Program-made: the position numbers and the translations under genes
Notes under the pieces: model-generated
Database searches by the model: none
What the model was told of the DNA's origin: nothing
The model's input: the letters and a program-made list of their open reading frames with translations, nothing else
Shown: positions 29,815 through 38,639 of the stretch, in pieces
Layout: every line of letters begins with the position of its first letter
Position numbering within the stretch: the stretch's first letter is position 1
Sequence record: NC_023719.1
Strand: one strand, 5' to 3'
DNA length: 64,000 bases

Positions 29815-30312
29815 TTGAAAAGATTGTTGAAAACGTCTTCAGGAACTAAAAGAGTATATCATGGTACTTCCTTGGAGAATTTTATGCAGATTGCTTCTTC
29901 TGGTAAGTTAATATCAAATCCAGGAGAAGGCGTTGGTAGTTGGAATGCTGGCCACGTATACCTTGGCACAGAATATGGAGTAGCTTCTATACATGGATAT
30001 GGAGCAGCGCAAAGATATTATGATGAGTTTGACGGTGGTCCACCTTATGTTGTCTTAGAGTTTGAAATTGATGAGTCTAGATTGGTGACAGACCCAGATA
30101 ATAACCCTGAATGTGGAAGTTGGCAAGAGAGTGCTGCTAAAAATGGTCAAGTTGCCGTTGAAGGCGAAATAGATTTACCAGCAAGTACAACTGTTCATTT
30201 TATGGGTGGAGAAGAGTGGAGTCTTGATTTGGCTACCGAGCTTGGTAACTGGGAAAGTTTTTATGAACAACATAAGCAAGATTTATTAGTACCTGGCGAG
30301 GAAGATTATTAA
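29815..30312 (+). CDS. ADP-ribosyltransferase-fold protein with N-terminal KRLLKTS motif
   Basis: VYHGTS...I...G.L, HVYL, VLEFEI; start moved to TTG 29815 after AGGTGG. Confidence 0.65.
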   Translation: MKRLLKTSSGTKRVYHGTSLENFMQIASSGKLISNPGEGVGSWNAGHVYLGTEYGVASIHGYGAAQRYYDEFDGGPPYVVLEFEIDESRLVTDPDNNPECGSWQESAAKNGQVAVEGEIDLPASTTVHFMGGEEWSLDLATELGNWESFYEQHKQDLLVPGEEDY

Positions 30313-30420
30313 TGAAGAGAGTTACTTCTCTTCATTTTTTTATTTTATTTTTAAAAAACGGTTTACACTATACATAAAACGTTATATAATAAGATTATAA
30401 ATAAATAAGGAGTGGTTTTA

Positions 30421-30885
30421 TTGGAGAAAGTATATCACGGAACTTCTTTAGGGAATTTTAAAAATATATATAATACTGGGAAGTTGATACCTAATGAAGG
30501 AAATGGAGTTGGGAGTTGGAACCCAGGACATGTTTATCTTGGAACAAGTTATGGAGTCGCTTTAGCTCATGGTTATGGAGCTAGTCCAACAATGGAAGAC
30601 GTTGGTGGAGAACCTTACGTGGTATTAGAATTTAATATTAATCGCGAGTTATTACTTAAGGATCCAGATAATAATATAGAATGTAATACTTGGGAAGAGA
30701 GTTCAAATAAAAATGGTCAGGTATCAGTGTTTGGAGAATTTCAAATCCCAGAAGATACTATTGTTCATTTTATTGGTGGAGAGTGTTGGGATACTACAGT
30801 GACCACTAATATTAAAAATTGGGAAGAAGCTTATAAACATCATGAAGAAGCTCTACAAGTACCTGGATGGGATGAAGATGAGTGA
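30421..30885 (+). CDS. ADP-ribosyltransferase-fold protein, close paralog of 29815
   Basis: Same motifs; start moved to TTG 30421 after AAGGAG. Confidence 0.65.
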   Translation: MEKVYHGTSLGNFKNIYNTGKLIPNEGNGVGSWNPGHVYLGTSYGVALAHGYGASPTMEDVGGEPYVVLEFNINRELLLKDPDNNIECNTWEESSNKNGQVSVFGEFQIPEDTIVHFIGGECWDTTVTTNIKNWEEAYKHHEEALQVPGWDEDE

Positions 30886-30968
30886 GGGATTAATTCCCTC
30901 TTTTTTTATAAAAACGGTTTACAAATTCATAAATACATGATATAATAAATATATAAATAAGGAATGGA

Positions 30969-31169
30969 GTGATAGTAGTGGATGAGTTTAAAAAAATGGA
31001 AAAACAGGTTTTAGATAAAATTGGTGATATTAGAACAAAGATGCAAAATCTTTTAGATGACGCAGATTTAGTTAAGAATAGATCAACTCACGAGGCTTTA
31101 ATGAAGAAGCATGATGAGCTCTTAGTAGAATTAGAAAAGTGGGAAAAAGTATACGAAAGCTTTGAATAA
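30969..31169 (+). CDS. Small coiled-coil protein
   Basis: Early promoter, RBS. Confidence 0.7.
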   Translation: MIVVDEFKKMEKQVLDKIGDIRTKMQNLLDDADLVKNRSTHEALMKKHDELLVELEKWEKVYESFE

Positions 31170-31632
31170 AACTTTTGGAGGTGTAGTTTTGTTAACTATA
31201 TTGAAACAAAAGAATTCAAATGTTGAGTGGAATCCTTTCAGGCTTATTAAGCTTGAGAGGTATTCCCAGCAGGAACACTATTCGGTCACTGGAGTATTTG
31301 AAGATGGTAAAGAAATGCGGTATGCATCGAGTGATAATAAAGATGATATGGAAGAGATATATAATAATCTTTCAAGGTCTCTAGTTTATCTAGAGGGAAA
31401 GGAATTTGATTTTGAAGGAGATATTCATATTATTGAAAAAGTGTCAACAGAGCCATTACTGATTCAAACTGATAAGGACAATTTAATGATTGACACGAAG
31501 GAAATGAATGTTGATTTTATTTCAGTGATAGATTGTGTGATACATTTATTTAGAGGAAAGTTGCATAGGACATATAAGTTTAATTCAATGAAGAAAATTA
31601 GTGAGTTAGTAGAAATAATAAAAATAGTATAG
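31162..31632 (+). CDS. Hypothetical protein
   Basis: ORF; start uncertain. Confidence 0.7.
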   Translation: MNKTFGGVVLLTILKQKNSNVEWNPFRLIKLERYSQQEHYSVTGVFEDGKEMRYASSDNKDDMEEIYNNLSRSLVYLEGKEFDFEGDIHIIEKVSTEPLLIQTDKDNLMIDTKEMNVDFISVIDCVIHLFRGKLHRTYKFNSMKKISELVEIIKIV

Positions 31633-31648
31633 TGAAGGATTGATAGAG

Positions 31649-31819
31649 ATGAAGTGGATTGCAAGAATAATGATGGTAGTATTTGTGTTATTTGCTATTG
31701 GTATATTGCAAAATATAGGTGGGTTTCAAGTTTTAGGTTGGTATTTGTCATTCTTATTTATTTTAGTGGTACTTGCAATTGTTTTGGTTTTCATAACAGC
31801 TATTAAGTTTTTAGATTAA
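31649..31819 (+). CDS. 56-aa membrane protein (not in ORF track)
   Basis: Two hydrophobic stretches, co-directional. Confidence 0.55.
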   Translation: MKWIARIMMVVFVLFAIGILQNIGGFQVLGWYLSFLFILVVLAIVLVFITAIKFLD

Positions 31820-31940
31820 AAAAAGTTTAATATGTTGTTAAAAAACCCTGACTATTTTGATATAATAGATACATCAAAACATTAAATCTTCAAAAATGAG
31901 AGATTTGATGAAATAATATTTATAGAAAAAATAATATTGT

Positions 31941-32014
31941 GCGCCTGTAGCTCAGCTGGATAGAGCACGAGCCTTCTAAGCCCGCGGTCGTAGGTTCGAA
32001 TCCTACCAGGCGCG
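31941..32014 (+). tRNA. tRNA-Arg(UCU), CCA not encoded
   Basis: Full cloverleaf; loop CTTCTAA; TTCGAAT T-loop. Confidence 0.92.
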
Positions 32015-32181
32015 TACAAAAAAAGAAACTAAAATTTAGTTTCTTTTTTTAATGTTTTGGTAACTCATAAATTAATTTATTAGTCTTAATCATATTAAAA
32101 GAAAAATAACAGTTTTATTTTTAAAAACAGTTTACAAAGTAATAGTTATATGATATAATAAATATATAAATAAGGAAAGGA

Positions 32182-32415
32182 TTGATGTTAATGTTGTATA
32201 CGAATACAAAAGAGGGTAAAGAGGTATTAGAAATATTAGAGCATGTGGTTTCTACAGATGGTATGGAAGTTTACAAATGTTCGTTATGTGATGAGTTATT
32301 TGGTGGTAGACCTAGTGAAGTAAAAGAAGAGAAGCCAATATGCGGTATTTGCGAAATGGAAATAAAAGCAGAAAATTATTTCCCAGGTGAGCATGAGGAT
32401 TACGAGGAAGATTAA
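32182..32415 (+). CDS. Small zinc-ribbon protein
   Basis: CSLC...CGIC. Confidence 0.7.
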   Translation: MMLMLYTNTKEGKEVLEILEHVVSTDGMEVYKCSLCDELFGGRPSEVKEEKPICGICEMEIKAENYFPGEHEDYEED

Positions 32416-32499
32416 TTTCTTCCTTTTTTATTTTTTAAAAAACTATTTACATAATTAAAACAATGTGATATAATAAATATATAAAGGATAAATAAGAAG

Positions 32500-33057
32500 G
32501 TGATTGTAGAAATGATTAATAGTATAAAAGCTTACTATTGGAGGAAAGTTAAAAAACTTAGTTGGTATGAAATTAGTAAAGAGAAAAAATTATCTATGTC
32601 TTTTATGAGTAGATTTATGTATCAATTAGATTGGGATGCTATAAGCGAATATCAAAAACTATCTGAAAAATCTATGAGAGAATTTGAAGATTTAGTTGAT
32701 TGGTTTGAAATTTCTAAACACCAGAATTTGTCTGAAAAATTTATAAGTAAATTTAAATATAAAGTGCTTTGGATGCTTATTTGCGAATATCAAGAATTAT
32801 CCGAAGATTTTATAAAAGAACATCTAGGATTTATTAATTGGCGGCATATTTGTAAATACCAATTGTTGTCTGAAGATTTTATAAGAAAATTCCAACATAG
32901 AGTTGATTGGGATTGTGTTAGTGCAAATCAATATCTTTCTAGAGATTTTATAATTGAATTTATAGATCAAATAGATATTATTCTTTTGAAACACAACGAT
33001 ACTTTAAGTGATGAATTAAAAGAAGAGATGATTTTATTAAAAAAATTAGTAGGTTAA
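32500..33057 (+). CDS. 23-aa tryptophan-repeat protein
   Basis: W..IS..Q.LSE.FIR.F...V repeats plus ELKEEM tail. Confidence 0.85.
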   Translation: MIVEMINSIKAYYWRKVKKLSWYEISKEKKLSMSFMSRFMYQLDWDAISEYQKLSEKSMREFEDLVDWFEISKHQNLSEKFISKFKYKVLWMLICEYQELSEDFIKEHLGFINWRHICKYQLLSEDFIRKFQHRVDWDCVSANQYLSRDFIIEFIDQIDIILLKHNDTLSDELKEEMILLKKLVG

Positions 33058-33192
33058 TTTGTTGTTAATTAAATCATTACTATTTATAATAATAGAATAT
33101 CTTAAAAATTAAACAAAAGGTGCTGCAGGAACTGAGAGAATTGTTCTTTACCATTTCCGTGAGTGTTAAATGAATTATCAGCCTTGTTTAAA

Positions 33193-33348
33193 TACCTGAA
33201 GCGGTAAAAGCAGTTACTTCGACATTATGAGTCCGTTGTCGGTGGTTCGAGTCCACCTCCCGCGACCATTTTAATTTATTAACTATTAACGCGGGATAGC
33301 TCAGTTGGTAGAGCACGTATATTACACTGTTTTAAATAATCTCAGGTA
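33193..33348 (+). ncRNA. yrlA: YrlA-like Y RNA (Y1) with circularly permuted tRNA module
   Basis: Conserved stem TGAAGCGG..AGCAGTTACTTC / CTGTTTT..ATCTCA enclosing T-arm, acceptor hairpin, then D-arm. Confidence 0.85.
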
Positions 33349-33523
33349 GTACATAAAGAGAAGAGAAATCTTCTCTTTTTTTATATTCTGTTAAAAAAGT
33401 TATTTACAAGTACTCAATTTTATGATATAATAAATATATAAGGATTAAATTTTATTAATTTATGTAATTTTCTTTATTTAATCTTATATTAAGTACTGAA
33501 TCAAAATTAAAAGGAGAGATAAG

Positions 33524-34354
33524 ATGAAAAAAAATTCAAGACTTAAGAGAATAAGTGTTTTTAATGATCAGTTAGAAAAAGTTTTGCAACTCGCTAAATT
33601 TAATGGAGTTGAAACTGAACAATATTCTAAATCTGAATCTACACCGATGTCAGAGTTGAAATTTCTTTTATCATTTCAAACAACAACTGACATACCTAAA
33701 CTAGTTATTGGTATGGAACAAGATATTATTGATACCATTAAAGAATCTCAAAATGTGTTTGATAATTTATTCAATGAAGTTAATATTAAAGCGTTAAGCG
33801 ATGAGTATGTAGATAGATATCCTGAAGGTTATTTATATAATTATTTTTCTGAAGAAGAAATTGAAGAATTTAAAAAACAATATGCCGATCAACAAGGTAT
33901 AGATTATCAAGTTTCCGAGCAGGTGGATAATGATGTAGATACTTTATTAATGTATTTTGATGCAATCCAAAGAGCTAATGATGATAAATTAAATGAAATC
34001 GTTAATTCAAAAGGATTTAGTGATGCGGTAATGGTTGTGGAACAAAAAGGTTTTAAAATTGATGAAATAATTAAAGAGTATAACTATAATTTTGATGAAT
34101 TCAGCAGACTTAAATCTAAAAATAAAACCATTGAAACTATTGAAAAAGCATATAATAAAGTTAAAAATGATGACTCTGATACGTACAATGCTCCTGAAAC
34201 AGATGATACGGATGAGTTAATAAGAGGAGCAGCTAAATTAGCATATGAAAAGTTAGGTGTTGATATAGACGGTTACAGATACGCATTTCAAAATGATCTT
34301 TCGGTTTCAAAAATACAAATTATTGATGAAAAAACGTTTAAAATTTCAATGTAA
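33524..34354 (+). CDS. Acidic hypothetical protein with N-terminal SRLKRIS motif
   Basis: AAGGAG RBS, terminator follows. Confidence 0.8.
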   Translation: MKKNSRLKRISVFNDQLEKVLQLAKFNGVETEQYSKSESTPMSELKFLLSFQTTTDIPKLVIGMEQDIIDTIKESQNVFDNLFNEVNIKALSDEYVDRYPEGYLYNYFSEEEIEEFKKQYADQQGIDYQVSEQVDNDVDTLLMYFDAIQRANDDKLNEIVNSKGFSDAVMVVEQKGFKIDEIIKEYNYNFDEFSRLKSKNKTIETIEKAYNKVKNDDSDTYNAPETDDTDELIRGAAKLAYEKLGVDIDGYRYAFQNDLSVSKIQIIDEKTFKISM

Positions 34355-34461
34355 CATAAAAATTAGAGAAGAGAAATCTTCTCTTTTTTTTTTAACTTTA
34401 CGAAATAAACTGTTTACATTATCAAACAATTGTTATATAATAAATATATAAATAATTAATC

Positions 34462-34594
34462 AAAACCGATTGATTGCTGGTTTTAATAAACCTTATACCC
34501 TGAGTAGTCTATCTACTAGAAACTACTTGAAAACTAAAACTCCCCACCGTGCCGTTGGGCTATTCTCCGAGTATGGGGTTAGAGGAGAATAGAA
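34462..34594 (+). ncRNA. Putative structured RNA behind an early promoter
   Basis: No ORF or RBS; GC-rich helices 34489-98 / 34573-82 and 34562-70 / 34586-94. Confidence 0.55.
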
Positions 34595-34664
34595 AATATT
34601 TAAAAAAAAATTAAAAATTTTGTTAAATAAATTCTAACTATTGATAATAATATATCATCTTAAT

Positions 34665-34757
34665 AATCATTTATGAAGCGGAAAGAACAGTTACTTCAAC
34701 TTTAATCCAAACTTGAAACCAAAACTATACTGTTTTTTAAAAAACTCATAAATGATT
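34665..34757 (+). ncRNA. Y-RNA-like module Y2
   Basis: TGAAGCGG-AAAG-AACAGTTACTTC...CTGTTTT..AACTCA in a 12-bp inverted repeat. Confidence 0.8.
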
Positions 34758-34857
34758 CAGTTTTTATCTGAAAGAACTAAAAATCATAAGTTCGCTTTCA
34801 TATAGTTTCTTATTACTTTGTATAAGAGGATAACTATATAAAGTTAAATGTAAATCA

Positions 34858-34967
34858 ATTTAATTATAATTAATGAAGCGGGAAAACAGCTACTTCGATG
34901 AAAATCTATTACACAATTAAAGCTTTTTAATCTGTTTTCACTTATCTCATTGATTTTATTTTAAATT
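34858..34967 (+). ncRNA. Y-RNA-like module Y3
   Basis: TGAAGCGG-GAA-AACAGCTACTTC...CTGTTTTC..ATCTCA. Confidence 0.8.
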
Positions 34968-35091
34968 ACTTATTAATTATTGATGCGGACGTAACAGTTA
35001 CTTCATACAAGATAATGGTATAACATGATTCCTCGCGCTCAACGGGGAAACTACACTGTTACAAATTATCTCAATAATTAATAAGTAATTT
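34963..35091 (+). ncRNA. Y-RNA-like module Y4
   Basis: TGATGCGG-ACGT-AACAGTTACTTC...CTGTTAC..ATCTCA; perfect 21-bp closing inverted repeat. Confidence 0.82.
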
Positions 35092-35097
35092 AAAGAA

Positions 35098-35176
35098 TCC
35101 TTGTTGAAGCGGTAATAACAGTTACTTCATACATTTGGCGTACACAAGCACTGTTATAAATAATCTCAACAATGGA
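35098..35176 (+). ncRNA. Y-RNA-like module Y5
   Basis: TGAAGCGG-TAAT-AACAGTTACTTC...CTGTTAT..ATCTCA. Confidence 0.82.
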
Positions 35177-35191
35177 GTTTAAAAATCAATG

Positions 35192-35361
35192 ATAACTTAA
35201 TACATATATTGATGCGGGATGAACAGTTACTTCTAATATATTGAGAATATTACAAATAATAGATTTAACTTTTTGCTAGATCCTTGGTTGGTTTTTTATC
35301 AATTTACACACGGTTTTTTACTTACTGTTTGTTAAAGATCTCAATATATGTATTAAGTTAT
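35192..35361 (+). ncRNA. Y-RNA-like module Y6
   Basis: TGATGCGG-GATG-AACAGTTACTTC...CTGTTT..ATCTCA; perfect closing repeat of about 21 bp; directly upstream of TROVE gene. Confidence 0.8.
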
Positions 35362-35413
35362 TATTTTTTTTTTGAACATAATAATGTACATAAAAACTAG
35401 GGGGAATAATCTA

Positions 35414-37045
35414 ATGAGTAAAATGTCTAAAAAAGTAAAAGAAACACGTAAAGCAGAAGTACTAAAACCAGTAGAGAACTTTATGGGTGGAATTTCTTAT
35501 GAACATAATCCATTACTAACTCTAAAAATGGTTAGCGCAAGTTCTATTTTTGGTGAACCCCAATACTATCGCTCAGGTGAATTTGCAGAAAAGAACGTAA
35601 GAGATGGTTCTTATCGTATTAATTCTGTATTATCTAAGTACGATATGCTTTTAGGTAAAACGTTTAATGATAAAAACACAAGTGAGATCATGGAAGAAGT
35701 GATTGATGCTGCTTTATCATATGATTTTGAAGGAACTTTACGATGGGCTGTAGAGCTACGTAAAGATTTCTATATGCGTTTAAATCCTCAAGTTATCATG
35801 GTACGCGCTGCGATGCATGAAGATCGTGCTGAATTTAACGAGAAAAACCCAGGTTTATTTGCTCAAATTCAAAAAGATGTTATGAGTCGTGCCGATGAAC
35901 CATCTAGCCAGTTAACTTATTGGTTACACAATAAGGGTTCTAAATCCGGTATTCCTAGTATCTTAAAACGTACTTGGAAGAATCGTTTAGAAAGCATGAC
36001 TCGTTATGAAGCTGCTAAGTACAAAAATGCAAATGTCGGAATGATTGACACTGCTCGTATTTCACATGCGAAAGGTGATTTAGTTGGAGAATTATTAACT
36101 ACTGGTACTATTGAGGTAGATGATTCTCAAAGCACATGGAATGTTTTACGTTCTAATGGCCAATCTTGGAAAGAGATTTTATCAACTATTCAATTACCAC
36201 ACATGGCATTATTACGTAATTTACGTGGTATCTTTGAAGAAGTTAATAACAAAGATCTATGTAAAGAACAAATGGATCAATTAAAAGCTGGCGTAGTAAG
36301 AGGAAAGCAGTTCCCATTCCGTTATTACCAAGCTTATAAAATGGTTTCTATTAGCTCTGTTAATCATAAGCAATTAATCATGGATACCCTTGAGGAATGT
36401 ATTGATATTGCTTTAGAAAACATGCCTAAATTGAAAGGTAAAACGGTAGTTTTAACTGACAATTCCGGTAGTGCACATGGAGCCTTTACTTCAGAATATG
36501 GAACAGTAAATGTAGCGCAAATTAACAATTTGTCTGCCGTATTAACTGCTAAGAATGCTGAAGATGGAGAAGTATACACATTTGGTGACCAACTCAAAGA
36601 AATTCCGATTTCTAAGAGAAATGGAGCTTTAATCCAAGCGAAAGAAGTTGATCGCGTTGGACAAACAGTAGGTATGGGTACCGAACATGGTGTATGGTTG
36701 TACTTGGATAAGATCATTCGCAATAAGATCCATGTGGATAACTTATTTATCTATAGCGATATGCAAGCTGGTCATGGCCGTTTATATGGTACTAACGCAA
36801 GCCAATATAGCAAATATATTGTTAATGGTCATTATATTGACGTATATAAGCTAATTGAGGAATATCGTTCAAAGGTGAATCCGAAAGTAAATGTTTTCAC
36901 TGTTCAAACTGCGGGTTATTCCAATGTGTTGATTCCAGAAGTGATGCATAGAGGTTCTGTTTTATATGGTTGGACTGGTAAAGAGACTGTCTATGCTGAA
37001 CAGATGATTAAGCTTTGGGAACAAGCAGAAATGAAAAAGCAATAA
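35414..37045 (+). CDS. rsr: Ro60/TROVE domain RNA-binding protein with C-terminal vWA domain
   Basis: N.MGG.SY, SS.FGEPQYY, R.DFYMRLNP, LPHMALLRNLRG, QFPFRYY.AY, vWA MIDAS-like LTDNSGS, IYSDMQ, GWT; start moved to ATG 35414. Confidence 0.92.
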   Translation: MSKMSKKVKETRKAEVLKPVENFMGGISYEHNPLLTLKMVSASSIFGEPQYYRSGEFAEKNVRDGSYRINSVLSKYDMLLGKTFNDKNTSEIMEEVIDAALSYDFEGTLRWAVELRKDFYMRLNPQVIMVRAAMHEDRAEFNEKNPGLFAQIQKDVMSRADEPSSQLTYWLHNKGSKSGIPSILKRTWKNRLESMTRYEAAKYKNANVGMIDTARISHAKGDLVGELLTTGTIEVDDSQSTWNVLRSNGQSWKEILSTIQLPHMALLRNLRGIFEEVNNKDLCKEQMDQLKAGVVRGKQFPFRYYQAYKMVSISSVNHKQLIMDTLEECIDIALENMPKLKGKTVVLTDNSGSAHGAFTSEYGTVNVAQINNLSAVLTAKNAEDGEVYTFGDQLKEIPISKRNGALIQAKEVDRVGQTVGMGTEHGVWLYLDKIIRNKIHVDNLFIYSDMQAGHGRLYGTNASQYSKYIVNGHYIDVYKLIEEYRSKVNPKVNVFTVQTAGYSNVLIPEVMHRGSVLYGWTGKETVYAEQMIKLWEQAEMKKQ

Positions 37046-37141
37046 AACCATGAAACCTTACAGATAAATTCTGTAAGGTTTTTATTTACAAATTTTTAGA
37101 TATATGATATAATATAAATATAAAGAAAAGGAGATGATTGT

Positions 37142-37534
37142 ATGAATTTCGTAGTCGGTCAAATTGTAGATACGAGTGAGGTATTAGATTTAATCAATAG
37201 AATTCATTACAATCAACAAGAGATAAATGAAAGTGATGATCTAGAAACTAGACTTTATGTTCATCAAAAATATGAAGTTGTAGAGTTGCTAGTATCGGAA
37301 CTAGAAGATTCTCCTTATTATTTAGATGATGATTTAGTGGATGAATATTTAAAAATGTCTCCCGAAACAATGCAACCTATTGTTTTCAATATATTTGAAG
37401 GTAGAAGGTTATTAGTAGATGGAGGTCATAGAATAGAAGTTGCTAAGTTATTAAAATTGGAAAAGATCAAAGGTTTTGTAGGTTATGATGAACCAGATTG
37501 GTCAGAATATAATGAAAAGTATGAAGATAGTTAA
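37142..37534 (+). CDS. ParB/Srx-like domain protein
   Basis: PIV......LLVDGGHR..VA..L. Confidence 0.75.
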   Translation: MNFVVGQIVDTSEVLDLINRIHYNQQEINESDDLETRLYVHQKYEVVELLVSELEDSPYYLDDDLVDEYLKMSPETMQPIVFNIFEGRRLLVDGGHRIEVAKLLKLEKIKGFVGYDEPDWSEYNEKYEDS

Positions 37535-37611
37535 AAAATCTGTTAATAATATCCACTCTATTAATAATAATATCTTTATCTTAAAAATAAGGCATCTTAG
37601 AAAAGGAGATA

Positions 37612-38118
37612 TTGTTCTTAGTGGATAATCAAATTAAAGCATTAAATGTTATGTTACAATATTTAGATTCTCTTAATAGTCTTAGTAAAAGTTCTTTAAG
37701 TTCTGATGCTTCAAAATTAGTAAATACTACAATTATTGAAGTAATTAATACATTAAATCGTGAAATAGGTATTAAAGATTCTAAAGCTGCTTTAGCTGAA
37801 GCACAACTTAAAGGATCACCTCTTAGTGGTAAAGCTTACACAAAAGATATTCCAAATGGAAAAACTTTTAAATTTAATGGTGGTTTTGAAGATCCAAAAC
37901 AAGAAGATTCTGATGATAAGAGAAATCTTTCTGACATTGCATCAGATATTCAAGATCAAAGTATAGATCTAATAACATCTCTTATTAAAGATGTAGCTAC
38001 TATTAATGGTGACATTAGTAAAATTAATACACAAAAGCTAAAAGAATTAGAAGAGGCTTTTATTAAAAAATTAAAAAAATTAGCAACACCGTTCGATATT
38101 TATGATAAAGAACAATAA
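37612..38118 (+). CDS. Hypothetical protein
   Basis: AAGGAG RBS; start may be 37621. Confidence 0.7.
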   Translation: MFLVDNQIKALNVMLQYLDSLNSLSKSSLSSDASKLVNTTIIEVINTLNREIGIKDSKAALAEAQLKGSPLSGKAYTKDIPNGKTFKFNGGFEDPKQEDSDDKRNLSDIASDIQDQSIDLITSLIKDVATINGDISKINTQKLKELEEAFIKKLKKLATPFDIYDKEQ

Positions 38119-38127
38119 TTAAAATAT

Positions 38128-38215
38128 GGGGTCGTGGGTGAGAGGCTGAAACCACCTCCCTGCTAAGGAGGCAGTCCGCAAGGGCTCGAGGGTTCGAATC
38201 CCTCCGACTCCGCCA
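38128..38215 (+). tRNA. tRNA-Ser(GCU)
   Basis: Cloverleaf with long variable arm; loop CTGCTAA; G73, CCA encoded. Confidence 0.93.
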
Positions 38216-38363
38216 GCTTTATCAATATATATATCAATTTCGCTTATTGGCAACTTTAAGGGAAATAATTGCAAACACATGCCTTGAGAAAGCATGAATC
38301 TTTACCAGAAAAATTCAGTATCTTGCCTCTTAATTGAGGTAAGATAAAACTGGATTTGAAGGA

Positions 38364-38639
38364 ATGGGAGTAATTACAGTGATTACAGTGATTAGTGAAA
38401 TTGAAGAATATTTAAAAGAATTAGAAGTTATCAAGAGTTTTCACGTATCGATTAAGAAAGCTGAAAAATCAAGATGGCATGTAAGAGATAAGTTGGTTAT
38501 TAGAATTTGGGTTAATAAAGATTTATGGGATTCTCAATTAGTGATGACAACTTTAACTGAAGATTATTCTTTTGAAGAAAACATTACAAAAATTTGTAAG
38601 GGAATTTATGTACCAGAATACGATATTTATTACGAATAA
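38364..38639 (+). CDS. Hypothetical protein
   Basis: ORF between tRNAs. Confidence 0.65.
   Translation: MGVITVITVISEIEEYLKELEVIKSFHVSIKKAEKSRWHVRDKLVIRIWVNKDLWDSQLVMTTLTEDYSFEENITKICKGIYVPEYDIYYE

Noticed and set aside
33241-33314. Ordinary tRNA gene or two tRNA pseudogene halves
   Set aside because: T-arm precedes D-arm, and both are enclosed by the conserved Y scaffold
34665-35361. CRISPR array
   Set aside because: The repeats are bipartite, non-identical and irregularly spaced, each folds around its variable part, and no cas gene is present; better explained as Y-RNA-like modules
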